In this document: positions 20,965 through 34,389 of the stretch, piece by piece | Position numbering within the stretch: the first letter of the stretch is position 1 | Layout of the letters: each line of letters opens with the position of its first letter | Source: Azolla caroliniana | Lineage: Eukaryota; Plantae; Polypodiophyta | Reading direction: 5' to 3' | NCBI GenBank assembly: GCA_043228905.1 | Contig: JBHGNT010000007.1 | Location: forward strand, 4,650,001 to 4,714,000 | Length of the DNA: 64,000 nucleotides | Notes under the pieces: generated by a model | Told to the model about the DNA's origin: nothing | Database searches by the model: none | Seen by the model: only the letters and a program-made list of their open reading frames with translations | Translations under genes and position numbers: made by a program

Positions 20965-21510
20965 CCACCAATGCTTGTGGTAACACTCATAATGAGCATG
21001 GTCTTTGCCTTGCGATTTCTTTGCGAACACGGTCCATGAATGTACAGTAACCATTCGGTTAAGTGTGTGCCCAATTAAGTGCGCAATTCTATTAAGTGCA
21101 TTTTTTATATCGATGTCAAAATCCTCTTCAAAAAATTTACATTGTTTTAGACAAAATACATCAAACCAAATTGAAACTATGCTCCAATAATTCAAAAAAC
21201 AACAAAATGATCAATAAAAATAAGACTTGTAAGTTCTTTCGCAATTTCATACCGGTCCATAAAAATAAGATTTGTAAGTTCTTTGCGAACGCGGTCCATG
21301 AATGTATGTGATTCTACAAGTCAATCATAATAGTCATATTCTTGTTGTAATCAAATCAATTCTATGACCCATCAATGTATGTATGTGGTAGCACTCAATA
21401 ATGCGCATAATCTTTGCCTTGCTTGATTTCTTTGCGAACGTGGTCCATGAATGTATGCAATTCGACATGTCAATCATAATAGTCATATTCTAGTTGGAAT
21501 TAAAGCAATT
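20965..21510. repeat. Local imperfect direct repeats
   Basis: TTCTTTGCGAAC(A/G)CGGTCCATGAATGTA-type unit near 21017, 21278 and 21428, plus a partial copy near 21233. The following GTCAATCATAATAGTCATATTCT is also duplicated. Confidence 0.75.
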
Positions 21511-21586
21511 CGTGATGCTAGCATACAATAACACTTGTCAACCATATAGTTATTTTGTGGTCACGAGAGTGATCCATTAAGGTAGT

Positions 21587-21628
<42 letters not shown>

Positions 21629-22899
21629 AATACTTCACAACAAGTATGGATAGCAATCAATGGAAGTCAACTAGATGCCATCGATAGGCCAATAACATTG
21701 ATTCTCACGTCTAACTACTTCCCTTAGTTTTAGTATCAATTCATTGTCATGTTTATTCACATTATTGTCTCAAGAGTAATAGTGCCTCTACAAACGGAAC
21801 AATCTACAAGAATATCTAATCACCATCTTGCCTCAAATATGTTTTTATTATTGGCATAAATTGAGTTTGAGGAAGAAGAGACATGGGGACATATATTATA
21901 TGTTAAATCTAATCTAGATAAATTCCATTGCAACACTTTCATGATTGCTTTTGTACTAATCAATATAGATCTAATAATCCAATTTGAAGCTATCAACAAT
22001 TTGCAACGCCCTTCTATGCCACATGGTCCATGCAACAGATGACTTAACAGTTGGTGTAAATGTGCACTAAAAGCCCAGTACAAAGCTTCCTAATGACCAT
22101 GCATTCATTGATCCTTTTGACTTGAAACTCATTGCCAAGTTCTCTCAAAAAGCGAATCTTGCAAAATTGGTATTGCCTACTTAAGAGGCGGTCTATTGTA
22201 AGAAAATTGTGTTATCTACGAAGTTGATTCAAAGTGAAGAAAGTGATAGTAAATCATAATACAAGGGTAAAAAAATTCTATTTCGGATTTTTTTTGTGAA
22301 GGTCAAGAATTGGGGGGAAGGCTGTTTGCTTTTCCTTTGTTCTTTTCATATAATTTGATATTTGAATGGTGTATCTTTCTCATCTAATCTTTGCCTTCAA
22401 ATTTACTCATGTGTCACTTCTAACTTCTAAGGCTCCCTTTGTAACTTTATTCATTCTTTCTTTGTCTTTACTTGTCTCCCACTCATCTCTCGATGAATCA
22501 AGAGGCAGTGGGAGGCATAACTTTCCCATAATGTCTCGTTTCTACCATTTTGATTTATGTATATTTTTCATCCTGAATGTCAATACATGCATTCAATATA
22601 TTTTCAATCTCATGCCTTTGTGTCATGGTACAAATAATTGACACATATGCTGCCAGGTTTTATAAAAACTATGCTACATCATATTCCTTAAACACACTGG
22701 ATGCCTAGAAAAATGGTTCTATAATCCTTGTTTGAGGCCTATAACATTGGTGTTAGAGGCCTCAAACTGGATGCTTGGAAAAATGTTTTTATAATCCTTT
22801 CCATGCTGTTGAGAGTTCCCTATGAACAAAATGAGAAATTTCCATACTTTTTCGGAATGGCATGTATAAGTCATATGCATATAAATTTAGGTGTATCAA

Positions 22900-25287
22900 T
22901 AGAACCCTTCATATGGGAATGGATTGTGTTACCACAAAATGACATTCTGCATCCAATTGTATCAATTTGTCAAAAGCCCATATACCAAGCTCAAATTCAC
23001 CCATTTGCACCAATAAAATAGAAGTGATGAGAATAATGGAAGGTGATCACTAGATGGCATGATATGAAAAACACTTAAAACTTAATTGAAATGTCCACCT
23101 CGTCCAAAAATACCGACCATGCATGTATAGAGTCTCATTTGAGGTGTAATGCAGTGTACTTTACACATATCATCAAAAAACACTCGTCCTTCCAATAGAC
23201 CTGCATGACTGCACACATTCAACAAGAGGAGGAATCTAACTGAATCTGGCATTGTATCCTCTAATGTCAATTGTCTTAATGAGATAAAAACTCTATTAGC
23301 CTTATCCATTTGAGCATACCCTGCAATCAATGCACTCCATGAGATTATATCCTGGCAGGGAAGCTTTTCAAATACTTCATGTGCTTCAGAAAGCGCCCCG
23401 CATTTGGTATACATGTCTGCCAATGTGTTTCCAAGCACAATATCTTTTCCTAACAAACCAAGATCTTTAACCTCATCATATATCTCTTCTCCTACTTGAA
23501 GACAACAGATGCTACAACAAGCTTTCAAAACACAAATATAAGTTACCACATCAGGGTCTATGCCCTCGTTCCGCATCTCCTGGAAGCATTTCAAAGCTCA
23601 ATCACTGTGTCCATGTTCGGTATACCTCTGATCAATGAACTCCATGCAAAATTCCTCTCTGGAAGCTCTCTAAACAGTTCATGTGCTTCTTCAAGTAAAC
23701 CACACTTGGCATACATATCTAACTAGGTAGTGCCTAAGACAATTCTTTTTGTAATAAGCCTTGCTTGCTAACCTTGGCATGTATCTCTTTTCCTGCTTCA
23801 GGAGATCCCGAGTTTCCACAAACTTTTGTGTGCAAGCAAGCGTAATAAATAACATGAGAAGATACACCCTCATCCTTCATTTTCTTGAACCATTTGGGAG
23901 CTTCATCTCCATGTCGATGTTGGGCATACCCTGCAATCAATGTACTCCAAGATACATCTCACTCCGGAATCTCTTCTAAAACTCATGTGCTTTTGCTAGC
24001 TATCCACACTCAACATACATTGTCTACCAGTGCATTGCCCAGCACAATCTCTTTCTCTAACAAGCCTTTCTTCTTCACCTCTTCTTGTAACTCTTCTCCT
24101 ATTTTGACAGACCCTATGGTTCCACAAGCTTTTAATATGCAAGTAAAGGTAACAAGATTTGGTGTGATACCCTCATCTCGCATCAGTCTGAAGTATTTTA
24201 AGGCCAAATCACCACATCTATGTTGGGCATACCCTGCAACCAAAGAAATTCAGGATACAACAGTTCTCTTCGGAGCTCTTTGAATACATTTTGTGCTTTT
24301 TCAAGAGCACCACAGTTAGCATGCATATCCACCAAAATATTCCCGAGAACAATATCTTTGTCCCATAATCCCTCTTTCTTAGCCTTGGTATGGATTTTCT
24401 CACCTAAGAAGAGATCCTTTGCTTCCACAAGCTTTGAAACACATTTAAACGTGACTACATCTGGGGAAATACCCTAATCTCGCATCAATTTGAAGCATTT
24501 AAGTGCTTCTTCACCATGTCCATGCTGAGCATGTCCAGAGATGAGTGCATTCCAAGAAATACGATTTCGATCTGGGAGCATTTCAATTTGTGTGCTTTAT
24601 CAGTCATTCCACATTTTACATACATATCAACCAATGAATTTCCTAGAATGACATCGTTTCTTAATAACCTGTTCTTCTTAATATCTGTATATATGCATTC
24701 TCCTATCTTAAGTGAACCAATGCTTGCACAAGCTTTCAAAACACATGTAAATGTGACAGCATCAGGCAAGAAACCAGCAATTTGCATATCATTGAAGCAT
24801 TTTAATGCAGCATGACCATATCCATGTTGGGCATATCCAGAAATCAATGCACTCCAAGATACGACATCCCAATTGGGAAGTTTCTCAAACACTTTGCTGG
24901 CTTTTTCCAATGAACCACACTTAGCAATCGTGCTGAGTAAGAAAAATTCTTTTGCGTGAATATATAGCTTTCGGGATGTGGATAAATCTTTACGTTTTCC
25001 ACACGATTTTATCTGTTTAATAAGAGAATTTCGATCTCGAAATGACAGCCAATGCATCTGTTGGTCATTGTTCTTGCAATGGATTATTTCATTAGATCTA
25101 TTTAAACATGGATTTTCTTTGTGATAGAGCCATATGGTCTCTCTCTCTGCGTGAAACAATCAGACCTTGCAAACATGGCGGTCTCACTTAGGACGATCAC
25201 ATGAGTTAGCATGCTAAAAAAAACTTCTAATTTCATATTCCTCGTGTTATTCAGAGAAGATCGAGCGATCTCTCTCTGAGATTCCAT
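22900..25287 (-). pseudogene. PLS-class pentatricopeptide repeat gene (PLS-E like, no DYW seen), disrupted by several frameshifts and stops
   Basis: Repeated P/L/S motifs (DVVSWSALISGYAQHG, PDAVTFTCVLKACASIGSL, VILGNSLVDMYVKCG, LLLNVCSHAGLLE, YTCMVGIFGRGG) are scattered over at least 6 short ORFs in different frames with no intron-sized gaps. An E-like remnant follows the stop at 23082. Possible ATG at 25287. Confidence 0.88.
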
Positions 25288-25416
25288 GGCGCGTACCTGT
25301 ACATACATACTTTCCTTGGCAATCCTTTACTCTGTTTAAGGACCGCCATCGACAGGAGGGCATAATACATATCTTAAAACAGAAGGGTATCGTTGTAAAT
25401 TAGAGAATTATTAATA

Positions 25417-25729
25417 GGGAAACGTACCAGGATACCCCTGGAAGTTCTTCTATTTACCAGAATGCCCCTGGAAGTTACAAATTTACCAAACTACCCCTAT
25501 GTCCAAAAAATTACATTTTATAAAGTAATTATACACTCAAATTGACAAGCCCTATTTACGAAGGATGGAAGAAATGGACCCGAATTATCCTTATTTACCA
25601 AAGATTTGAGTGTATAATTACTTTATAAAGTGTAATTTTTTGGACATAGGGGTAGTTTGGTAAATTTGGAACTTCTAGGGGCATTTTGGTAAATAGAAGA
25701 ACTTCCAGGGGTATCCTAGTACTTTTCCC
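25417..25729. mobile_element. Mutator-like MITE (313 bp, TIRs of about 125 bp, 9-bp TSD TTATTAATA)
   Basis: GGGAAACGTACCAGGATACCCCTGGAAGTTC...ATACACTCAAAT is mirrored by ATTTGAGTGTAT...CCAGGGGTATCCTAGTACTTTTCCC. TTATTAATA flanks both sides (25408-25416 and 25730-25738). Confidence 0.92.
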
Positions 25730-27559
25730 TTATTAATATTTCTCAACCTACCCTTCTAACCAATAAAAAGCTCTTTATTTGCTATAATCTCCAATTCATT
25801 CTCGCACACCCTTCTTTTTTGTTCTTTACTCGTCCACACCCACACTCATCCGATCGCTTCGTGTTGTATTCGGACAAGTTGGGTTTCTTATTGTAATGTG
25901 AGACTCACCTTGAAGTGCCCATCATCAGCATGGTGCCCATCACCATTAGCTCGAGATTAAGAATTCTATTTAATGAAATCACATCCTCTTTGAATGTCAA
26001 GTGTGTATTTTTAAATGAATAATTTGCAGGATAAGAGAAACTTGAACATGACATTTTGGCATCATAAGATGCCTGTCGGAAAACCAATCGATTTCTATAT
26101 TGAGAATTCACGTAAACAAACTTGATGGTTGATATTGATTTAAGTCTCCATTGGGGACTAGTAGAAAACTCGAGCACACTTTGGAAAATTGTAAAGAAAT
26201 GTGTGTGGTTGGGGTAGTGAGTACACAAGATCCTTTAAAAATCTATGAAAGGGTTTGCACCCTACTAGTATCAGATGAACTTTCATGAAGCTTTCTCTTA
26301 GATTCCTTGAGAGATCTACTAAATTCGGTATATGGCCAATATGTGCAGGTTATTGAGTCAATATAACATCTTCGGTGATGACCATATTTGTCTCCTTTGA
26401 CCAATCACTCACATTTTTTTATTAGAGACTTTCCATGGAAATTTTTATTTCACCTCACCACTTATCAAAATGGACTCAACTTGAATGTTACATTTTTTTA
26501 TTATAAAAGCCACCATGTTAACAATGATTTATGACTATTACTAGCCAATTTTCTATCACACTCAATCCCTCGTCATCACAAGTAGTGATAAGAGCACCTT
26601 TTTGTGCATACATTTGTAACCTTGGTCACATATATTTGCATAGATCATGTAGCAATAATCCAACTATTAAAAACTAAAAACATGTGGACATTTGTGGTGT
26701 GCTTGAAAGGAAATCATGTGACATGTTACTCTACCATGTAGTCTTGAGAATGATGACAACACTCCAAAGATGTCACTTCTCATTTCCTTCGTGTATAATC
26801 ACTACTTCTCACTTCCTCCGAGTGAGTGGAACTCATTCTATAACACTATTCCACGCCCTCATGCTCTTACGATGGGTAGATATGAAAGTTTTCCAATGCT
26901 CTAAATGTCACTAAATGGTTGGCGAAGAAAATAAAGAAGCCAACACTCTTTAAATATTTAATATCCTAAAGCACAATGACTATCAATATATCACCGATCA
27001 TGGATTGTTAATAATATGTCAATAGGTCCTTCCATATCTCGGGAGGAGCGCTCCACCATATGTTATAAAAGGTTTAGAATTGATTCTAAACCACGTGAAG
27101 ACTCGAATTTAGTGGAGTATATGATTGATCAATGTGTTGCCTATAGAATATTCTAACCTTCCTTGGCATCTGTTTTATATTGTATTTTGATACTCCTTTT
27201 CACATTGCTTGTCCATATCATGTGTATTGTTAGACAACAACCTAGGACTACTCGGTGTTAGAAATCCCTCCATTCCAAAGAATCTTCTTGCCACTATAGA
27301 TCCTATTTAAGAGGAATATAATACAATGTAGAACTAATAATAGGAAATATTAATGGTGAATCTAACCAAGAAATAAATCAAGATGTGAGAGTGATAAGAA
27401 AGGTTTTGCATTTGCACTAAAAAGCCTAAAGGGGCAAAAATGGATCGCTTGATCACCATGGATGTTGTTGATAAAAAACGAGTATAAATGTCACTATATC
27501 TAGTTTATACTTGAAGGCTCTAGTGCCACATTTCTTATATCATCTACAGATATGCATTC

Positions 27560-28010
27560 ACACACCTTCTTCTATACATTCATTGCGCACATTATAGAAG
27601 GTGGTTTTTGCTATGTCCAACGCTTTATTCATTGTATGGTTTGTAGTAGTTTGAAAAGGGGACCATGAATTCTAGTGCATATACTTGTAATTGAAAAAAT
27701 AAAATGAAGCATGTGTGTTTCCCAGTGAACCATATTACATGTAAGTAAGTGAAAAATAAAAGCACCCAACACGGTGGTTATGCATGGAAATTGTTCTATC
27801 TCATGTTTGACCATGATAAATGAATATTCCAACCATACATAATAGTGACACTTAAAAGAAGTTGGTGGAATGCCAACTAAACAGAAAACAAATGTAAGAT
27901 ATATGTTAGGGGCTATAGGTTATCTAATGCGATAACCACTTTCAGTGTCGACAAAGATCTTGTTCCTTGTATCAATGTTTTGCCACGAATCTAGCCTCCC
28001 TAACAACAAA
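27560..28010 (-). mobile_element. Highly decayed LTR-retrotransposon (Gypsy-like) pol remnant
   Basis: Fragmentary translations resemble RT motifs (IFVDTESGY..I..IAP; PLFKLL). Heavily degraded, and the boundaries are unknown. Confidence 0.3.
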
Positions 28011-29044
28011 ATGAGGTCACTATGTTATACAATGATTTTTTGCAATAGAAATACCCTTACAAAACCTTTAGAACCAAAACATGCATTTGTTGATTGAAGG
28101 TTGTCAAAGGTAAATGAATTAGTGCTATTTCATAATTGAAATGAGTGGGTATGTGAAATTCACACAAACTTTAATATTCAAATAAACGTCAAACCACTTA
28201 CCTTTGTGATAAAACTAGAGGAGTAGTAAGATTAGAGAAATTATACTTCCGCCAACTCCGACTTTTATTAGATCGTTACATTGAAGCTCAATTCGCACGT
28301 GCCTAAGTGCAAAATTACATGAAGGCCATGGAGAGACTTCTTTAATGAAATTAAAATCACCATTGTGTTCAAAAGTTACTGTAGCAACAACGTTTTAGTT
28401 ACTGTATCATTATGAGGGTTCGTGACTTATGTGTTAAGTCATTTTCAAGTCGGAAGGGCATTTTTCCAATCACAACCATCTTAAAGGTAAAGCCAAAAAA
28501 CGTCACGAGACAAATATCATCTCATGATTGCAGCTTAGAACACATAACAGAACCGATTCCAGATGTGGGTTACTGACACACATCCATTAAAGATTTGGGT
28601 GGGCAATCAACACTTTCAGAGTTTATTTCATGTCCACTATCTTACCCAAAGGGCAATGCACCGGGAAAAAGAAACCAACACGGAAGATTCGATTGGGACA
28701 CGAAGAGAAAGTCATAGTAAGGAAGAGTGAAAAGTCAAGGAAAAGAGAGAGAGTCGAGGCGCGTGAATAAATCTCAATTCAAATCAATTGATGATCCTCA
28801 AAAGGGTGTTTCGTTCCAACGGGCCGTTTTACAAAGACGGGAATTCAAACTAAGCTTCTTTCTCTCTCTCTCTTTTTCTTTCTTTTATGACAAGAAATTT
28901 GGGCTCACTAGTGTGAACACAGCATTAAAAGCTGTCCGCCTGGCCGTTGCAAATGTGAAACGGCATTTTGCTTTTTTTGTTTTTGCTTTCTCCTTCTGAG
29001 TGTGGTCTCTCTCTCTCTCGCTCTCTCTCTGTGCGTCTCTCTCT

Positions 29045-30511
29045 CTAGATCAGAGTGCACGACAGCAGGGCAAGGATGGAGGGTAGAGAGAGATGCCAGC
29101 TGGCAGTGAAGGAGGAGGAGGAGCTTGATGTGAGCGGCGATGGCGACGGCGATGGCGACGGTGAGATCTGGATCGACGATGGAGCAGAGGAAGAAGGAGC
29201 CATCTCTTCAGCCTCCGGCGAAGGTGTAGGCGAACCATCGATCTCTGCAGTCGGTGCTGCAGAAGGGTAACTAGGCATGGCTATCGGCGAAGAAGAAGAA
29301 GGAGCAGAAGAAGGGGCAGAAGAAGAAGATGAAGGAGAAGGGGCAGAAGAAGAAGAAGAAGAAGGAGGAGGAGAAGAAGAAGAAGAAGAAGGAGAAGGAG
29401 AAGGAGAAGAAGAAGAAGAAGAAGAAGAAGAATTGGTTGCACCGAGCTTCATGATCCCGCAATCGTAGACCGGAGCCTTGTCGGGTGCGAATAGCCCCCA
29501 ATTCCGCTCCGACCCCGCCCCCGGCTTCAGATCCTCGTTGAAGAGCGCGAAGATGTAGGCCGACACCGGAGCCCCGGGCTTCCCCGGCGTCCCGCGGCCC
29601 GACACGATTCGCTTCACGAGGTTCGAATTGAAGGCCTTCGCGTTCTCGAGGCTCACCCCGGGCTCGTACTCGTCCCCCGCCGATGGCCACCCCGTCTCCC
29701 CGACCACCACCGAGATGTTGTCGTAGCCCAACGCCGCGATGGCCGCGTAGACCGCATCGACTTGCGCGTCGAACATGTTGTCGTAGCTCAGCTTCGTGAC
29801 GGGGTCGTAATGCGGCGCCTTGTCCGCCCCGAAAAGGGCATACTCGAGGTTTGTCCGGTTCGGGTTGGACAAGTACCCGAAGAACGGGTACGCGTTCGCT
29901 ACGTAAGGTGATCGCGTCCTCGCGAGGAACGCAAGAATGGGCCGGAGGATCGCGGCCGCTCCGTCGGCGAAGCTCCCATTGGACGGAGGGTCGGAGCTTT
30001 GAAGAAGACCCATCGAATGTGGGGTAGTGACCTTGATGTCGACGAACCCGAGCTCTTGGCATGCGGTGTAGAGGTTCTCCATCGCGAATTGGAGGTCCCA
30101 AATCATCTCCCCATCCGAGGCCGAGAGGACCTCATTGCCCACGGAGAGGTAGGCAATGTCGGTGGCGGGGACATAAGGGGCGACATTGGCATTGACCCAC
30201 TCTTTGGCCGCGGGCACCCCGCCATTCGCGAGCGGCTTGATTTGGTCGTCCCCGATGCCCACCATGATCTCGATGCCCGAATTCGCAAATGCGTTGAGGA
30301 TGGGGCCGTCAACGGAGAATAGTTTCACCTTGTTAATGATGGTGGTCTTGAGGAGCACGACGACCTCGGATGGCGGCGGGAGGTTGTCCGCTACGGTGCC
30401 ATAGTTAACACCTAGCGGGATCGGAGCCGCCAGCAGGATGGAGGCTGTAAAGAAGTAGATGAGGACCACCCCAAAATAGATAAATTGCACCCCTACAGCT
30501 CTCCATGCCAT
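29045..30511 (-). CDS. Glucan endo-1,3-beta-glucosidase (GH17) with signal peptide, Ser/Pro-rich stalk and probable GPI signal; single exon, 488 aa
   Basis: LGVNYGTVADNLPPP, VGNEV (acid/base Glu), ANAYPFFGY, YDNMFDAQVDAV, VVGETGWPSAG (nucleophile Glu) and YIFALFNEDLKPG..SERNWGLF; hydrophobic N- and C-termini. Confidence 0.96.
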   Translation of the reverse strand: MAWRAVGVQFIYFGVVLIYFFTASILLAAPIPLGVNYGTVADNLPPPSEVVVLLKTTIINKVKLFSVDGPILNAFANSGIEIMVGIGDDQIKPLANGGVPAAKEWVNANVAPYVPATDIAYLSVGNEVLSASDGEMIWDLQFAMENLYTACQELGFVDIKVTTPHSMGLLQSSDPPSNGSFADGAAAILRPILAFLARTRSPYVANAYPFFGYLSNPNRTNLEYALFGADKAPHYDPVTKLSYDNMFDAQVDAVYAAIAALGYDNISVVVGETGWPSAGDEYEPGVSLENAKAFNSNLVKRIVSGRGTPGKPGAPVSAYIFALFNEDLKPGAGSERNWGLFAPDKAPVYDCGIMKLGATNSSSSSSSSSPSPSPSSSSSSPPPSSSSSSAPSPSSSSSAPSSAPSSSSPIAMPSYPSAAPTAEIDGSPTPSPEAEEMAPSSSAPSSIQISPSPSPSPSPLTSSSSSSFTASWHLSLPSILALLSCTLI

Positions 30512-31558
30512 GTTATATGTGTGCCTACACTAGCTTGGGCACAAAGCACCACTTTCAAGACTCTTTAAGTGTGTGTTAGTGGAGGTTTCTAGCAAGTTGG
30601 AAGAAGAAGAAGAAGAAGAAGAAGAAGAAGAAGAGGTGTAAAAAGATAGTGTTTTTTCTATGTGGTGTTTTATGTGTGTGTATATTATATTTTATATGGG
30701 AAGTTGGGAACTCTAAATTTAATTGACATAAATTTTACCGTCTTGACTCTTAGTCTGGAAATCGAAAGGTCTATACTAATATCAGACTTATATCCAAAAA
30801 AAGGGGGTCATAAATAAATAGCCCAAAAGACTTCACCTATCCATATTAACTACATATTTGGAAGACAAATAAATAAAGCAAGATGATCCTTGGGGTCTCA
30901 ACTCTCGGTGATCCGACAATGTCGCTTTGTCGGGTTTCAACACCCCACTGAGTATCGGAAGCCGATGCTTTCCCCAGCCCAAGTAACCCTATTGTTTCCA
31001 TGTGACCATGACCAAAGCTACCTTGCTTTGCTCATTTTGATGTTGCTATGTTGGGTTCTATTTAACGTGAAACTATGTGCATAATGCCCACCCACAAGTG
31101 TTGGTTTGTGAAAACTCCAAATTGTTGCCCAAGTCCCTAACACATATAAATCATACCTCGAGTGTAGGACATATTATGTTTCATCTCTTCTGAGGTAGAC
31201 CCCATTATGTCAAAGGGCATGATTAGATTATGAAATGATCCGACCAACACTTTTCTGAACCGAAAGAGAATCCTATGTTTTTTATATGATCAATTGTCAA
31301 ATATAACATCGTTTTCTATCGTTTTTTTTAAGACCAATAAGATGCTCGTCCCATTTCCTTCCAACCAACCTTTTCCATTCTAGAAGCATTACGTTGATAA
31401 TAAATTTTAATAAAACATTGGTTTTATATTTACTCCTTTTCTAAACTCTTCGGTATTTTATTTATATCAATAGTGGGGTGACACAAATAGTGAATATCAT
31501 AAGCACAAATATAAGACAACCTAAGTGCCACTTAGTAAGTGGTACTTACAAATCTTAT

Positions 31559-31866
31559 CCATCACAAAATAAAGGTATAGCCACATGGTAGTGCAATGAC
31601 ATCATATGCATGTGAAAATCTTGGTGAAGAAGTGGTCATTAAGTGATATCTACTTTGCCACATGACACCCACATATCACAACCTGTGAATCTCATAAGGA
31701 TAAACATGCGACAATCTTGGTGGCACATAAAGAATATTTCCAAATCTAGTACATCACAGAATAAAGGTATATCCACATGGTAAAATCAATGATATCATGT
31801 AGATGTGAAAACCTTGGGGAAGAAGTGGTCATTAAGTGATATCTACTTTGCGGCATGACACCCATT
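31559..31866. repeat. Direct duplication of about 110 bp
   Basis: CATCACA(A/G)AATAAAGGTATA...GAAGAAGTGGTCATTAAGTGATATCTACTTTGC...CATGACACCCA occurs at about 31560 and about 31752. Confidence 0.85.
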
Positions 31867-31867
31867 T

Positions 31868-33170
31868 ATCTTTCATGCCACATATCTCAAGGATGGGAGA
31901 GGATATACACATGTATGGTTGAGCTTCTAAGGATGAAAAAGATCGGTATCAATATGCAAATCTACTCTTACAAATCTACAATTGTAGCAAAATGCTTATA
32001 GGAAATTGGTATATCTTTGTATGGAGTGACATTGATGACTTTGCAAGTAGAAAGACAATGGAAATAATGTGATCAACTATGGTTATTTTCACAAGGTATC
32101 TTGGATTGTATAATTAAGATTAGCTTGGGTAATGGAACTTGGAATATAGAATTGGGCGTTAGGACTTTATGCATTGGTCTATAATATATGAACGAACTTG
32201 AGTATGAAGCTTCCACCCTTTTGCAAGACAACCATATTTGCATGGACTTTAAAAGAGGAGCAATGCATGCTAGTATAGTTGGGAACATGTTACCAAAGAC
32301 AAAGCTAAAAATTAGCGCAACATTATAATGCAAATCAAAAGCTGCCAAGAAGCTCAAAAGTATTTTATGAGTCAAGACACAATCAAAGTTAAGAAAACCC
32401 ATCAAAAGTATCCATGTGCATACAAAATGATTGTTCAAAATTCAAGAAGAAGAAGAAGATAATAATAAACTTATCCTAACCCAAAAGAAAGCACATATAT
32501 TTCATAAAATTTCATAAAAGTTTGGAGAAAAATAAAGGGAAATGTGTTTAGAGTTGTGGGAGCTTAACTTTTGTGAATGTGTGAATGCATTGTAAGAACT
32601 TACACTAGCAACCAACGCAAAAAAATGTTGTGCTAAGACTCTCTTCCACATATGCTTTCCGTATTTACCACTGAGGATGTATGCAAAGCCTTCAGAAATT
32701 GACAACTACAAAGGCAAGCAATTTGCAAGGTATGAAGACCAAAATGCTCAAATGGATGGGAAATGAAACGCATGCTTCGATAAGTGATAAGGTTAATTAA
32801 TCGTGCATTCTATCACGGCAAACCCCATGAATTGAGTACAAATTGGATCAAACTTTTACATTAATGGGAATATATAAATAATATTGAACATTTGTGATTG
32901 ATCATCTCATCGCAAAGTTATTTGGTATGTAATGTCAACAAACCAAGTGCATGTGAGATCATTTTGAAAACAATAATAACACGTGCTAACCTTTGTCACT
33001 CTTTGAGTCCTAATGGAGAAAAGTTGTTTGAAAGGTCAAGGGTTATATTTATTGCATCGTGGACTTAAAGAAAGTTTTATGATATGGTGTCGTATGCATA
33101 TCTTCGGAGATGCATGGAAGAATTCAAGTATCAAGTGATATATGCTTGCCATTGCCTACATGTATTAGAA
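31868..33170 (+). mobile_element. Decayed fragments of the same LINE family as 34390-37680
   Basis: TCTTTCATGCCACATATCTCAAGGATG (about 31869) equals LINE 34721-34747. AAAATGCTCAAATGGA.GGGAAA, ACAAATTGGATCAAAC and TATATGCTTGC.ATT match LINE 35695-36150. The segment at about 32050-32480 does not obviously align. Confidence 0.75.
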
Positions 33171-34389
33171 GAACCCCTTGGAAGTAGACCAATGCATTAT
33201 GCTTGTCATGTTGCACTTTGATGAAATCCAAGAATCTTTGTGATTGAGCATCAACTACATGCCCCAACTCTTCGACCGTTCAACTAAACAAATAATTAAA
33301 TTGATAACGCAATGATCAATCTTTGCTATCCATGCCAATAGGATAATCATGAAGACATTAGTAACTCCTTCTGCAAGAATTACTATTCCATGTATTAAAT
33401 ATGGAGCCCAAAAAAATAAGGAGAGCTCTTTGTGCCACAACACAACCGAGTGTTCTAAGTCGAATGAGGACCAATAAAGAGAGCTCTTCGAGCCATGACA
33501 CCACATGAAGAATGAGGTTTTTAAGTCGAATACTTCCACTAAGTAATTGCCACCATGACTCGTTAATCTTTGTCCTCCCATTTGTTCAATAGATATCTAT
33601 GATTGTGAGTGTGAACATATGTCATACAATAACGAAAACCTGTGATCCATCATATGTGAAGATAATTCCAATATTATAGCTCCTCCCAAGCACTTAGTTG
33701 TTACTAGATCCTTCCACACAACCCATATGAGCCCTCTTCTCCACAACAAATATCGAAAGGGTTGCAAAACAAAATGTGAAGCCTTCTCTCTTTATCCATC
33801 TTGTTTGCAGATGTTAAAAAGCCTTGAAAGGTATTGAAAGACCAATTAACATAAAAGGTGTCTCCTTTGTATAAGAGGCTCAATTTAAGAACAAACACAT
33901 CAAATTTCCTTATAGCCTATTTACATGTTGTAATGCCCCATTGGGGACCCTACTTTAATAATGATCAAATTATGGGAATGTAAGTTTTGTATCATTTTGC
34001 AAGACTATTTATCTCTCAAATTCCAACATTTGTAGAATATAGCCCAACACCTAAGCTAACTAGATACCCTTAAACGGATAGGGAGGTAAAATTCTACCTC
34101 ACTAAGAGAACACATATTGAGGGTTTGATATTATCTTAGCTAGGTGATACCCAAAGTTGCAATATAACAATCCAAATAACTTTAGAATTCTGCATCTAGC
34201 TGAACATGTGTCTATCATCCTCATTCAATGTATAGAAAAAAATGTCCCTTTTGAAGTTTAGTGGCAATTCAAAGGTCATGCCAAAGACAAACCACCCATC
34301 ATTGCCAACCAAAGAAGACTGTCATATGGAGTGGAAGATGAGCTTGCTATCCCATGTCAAATGTTCTCTCTCTCTCTCTCTCTCTCTCT

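Noticed and set aside
16500-22300. Protein-coding genes in this interval
   Set aside because: Only short ORFs without motifs; probably decayed TE sequence that I cannot classify by eye.
29271-30404. Alternative-frame and antisense ORFs over GH17
   Set aside because: Expected shadow ORFs of a high-GC coding sequence.
33928-34170. Possible solo LTR beginning TGTAATGCCCC
   Set aside because: No matching TSD or second LTR found.
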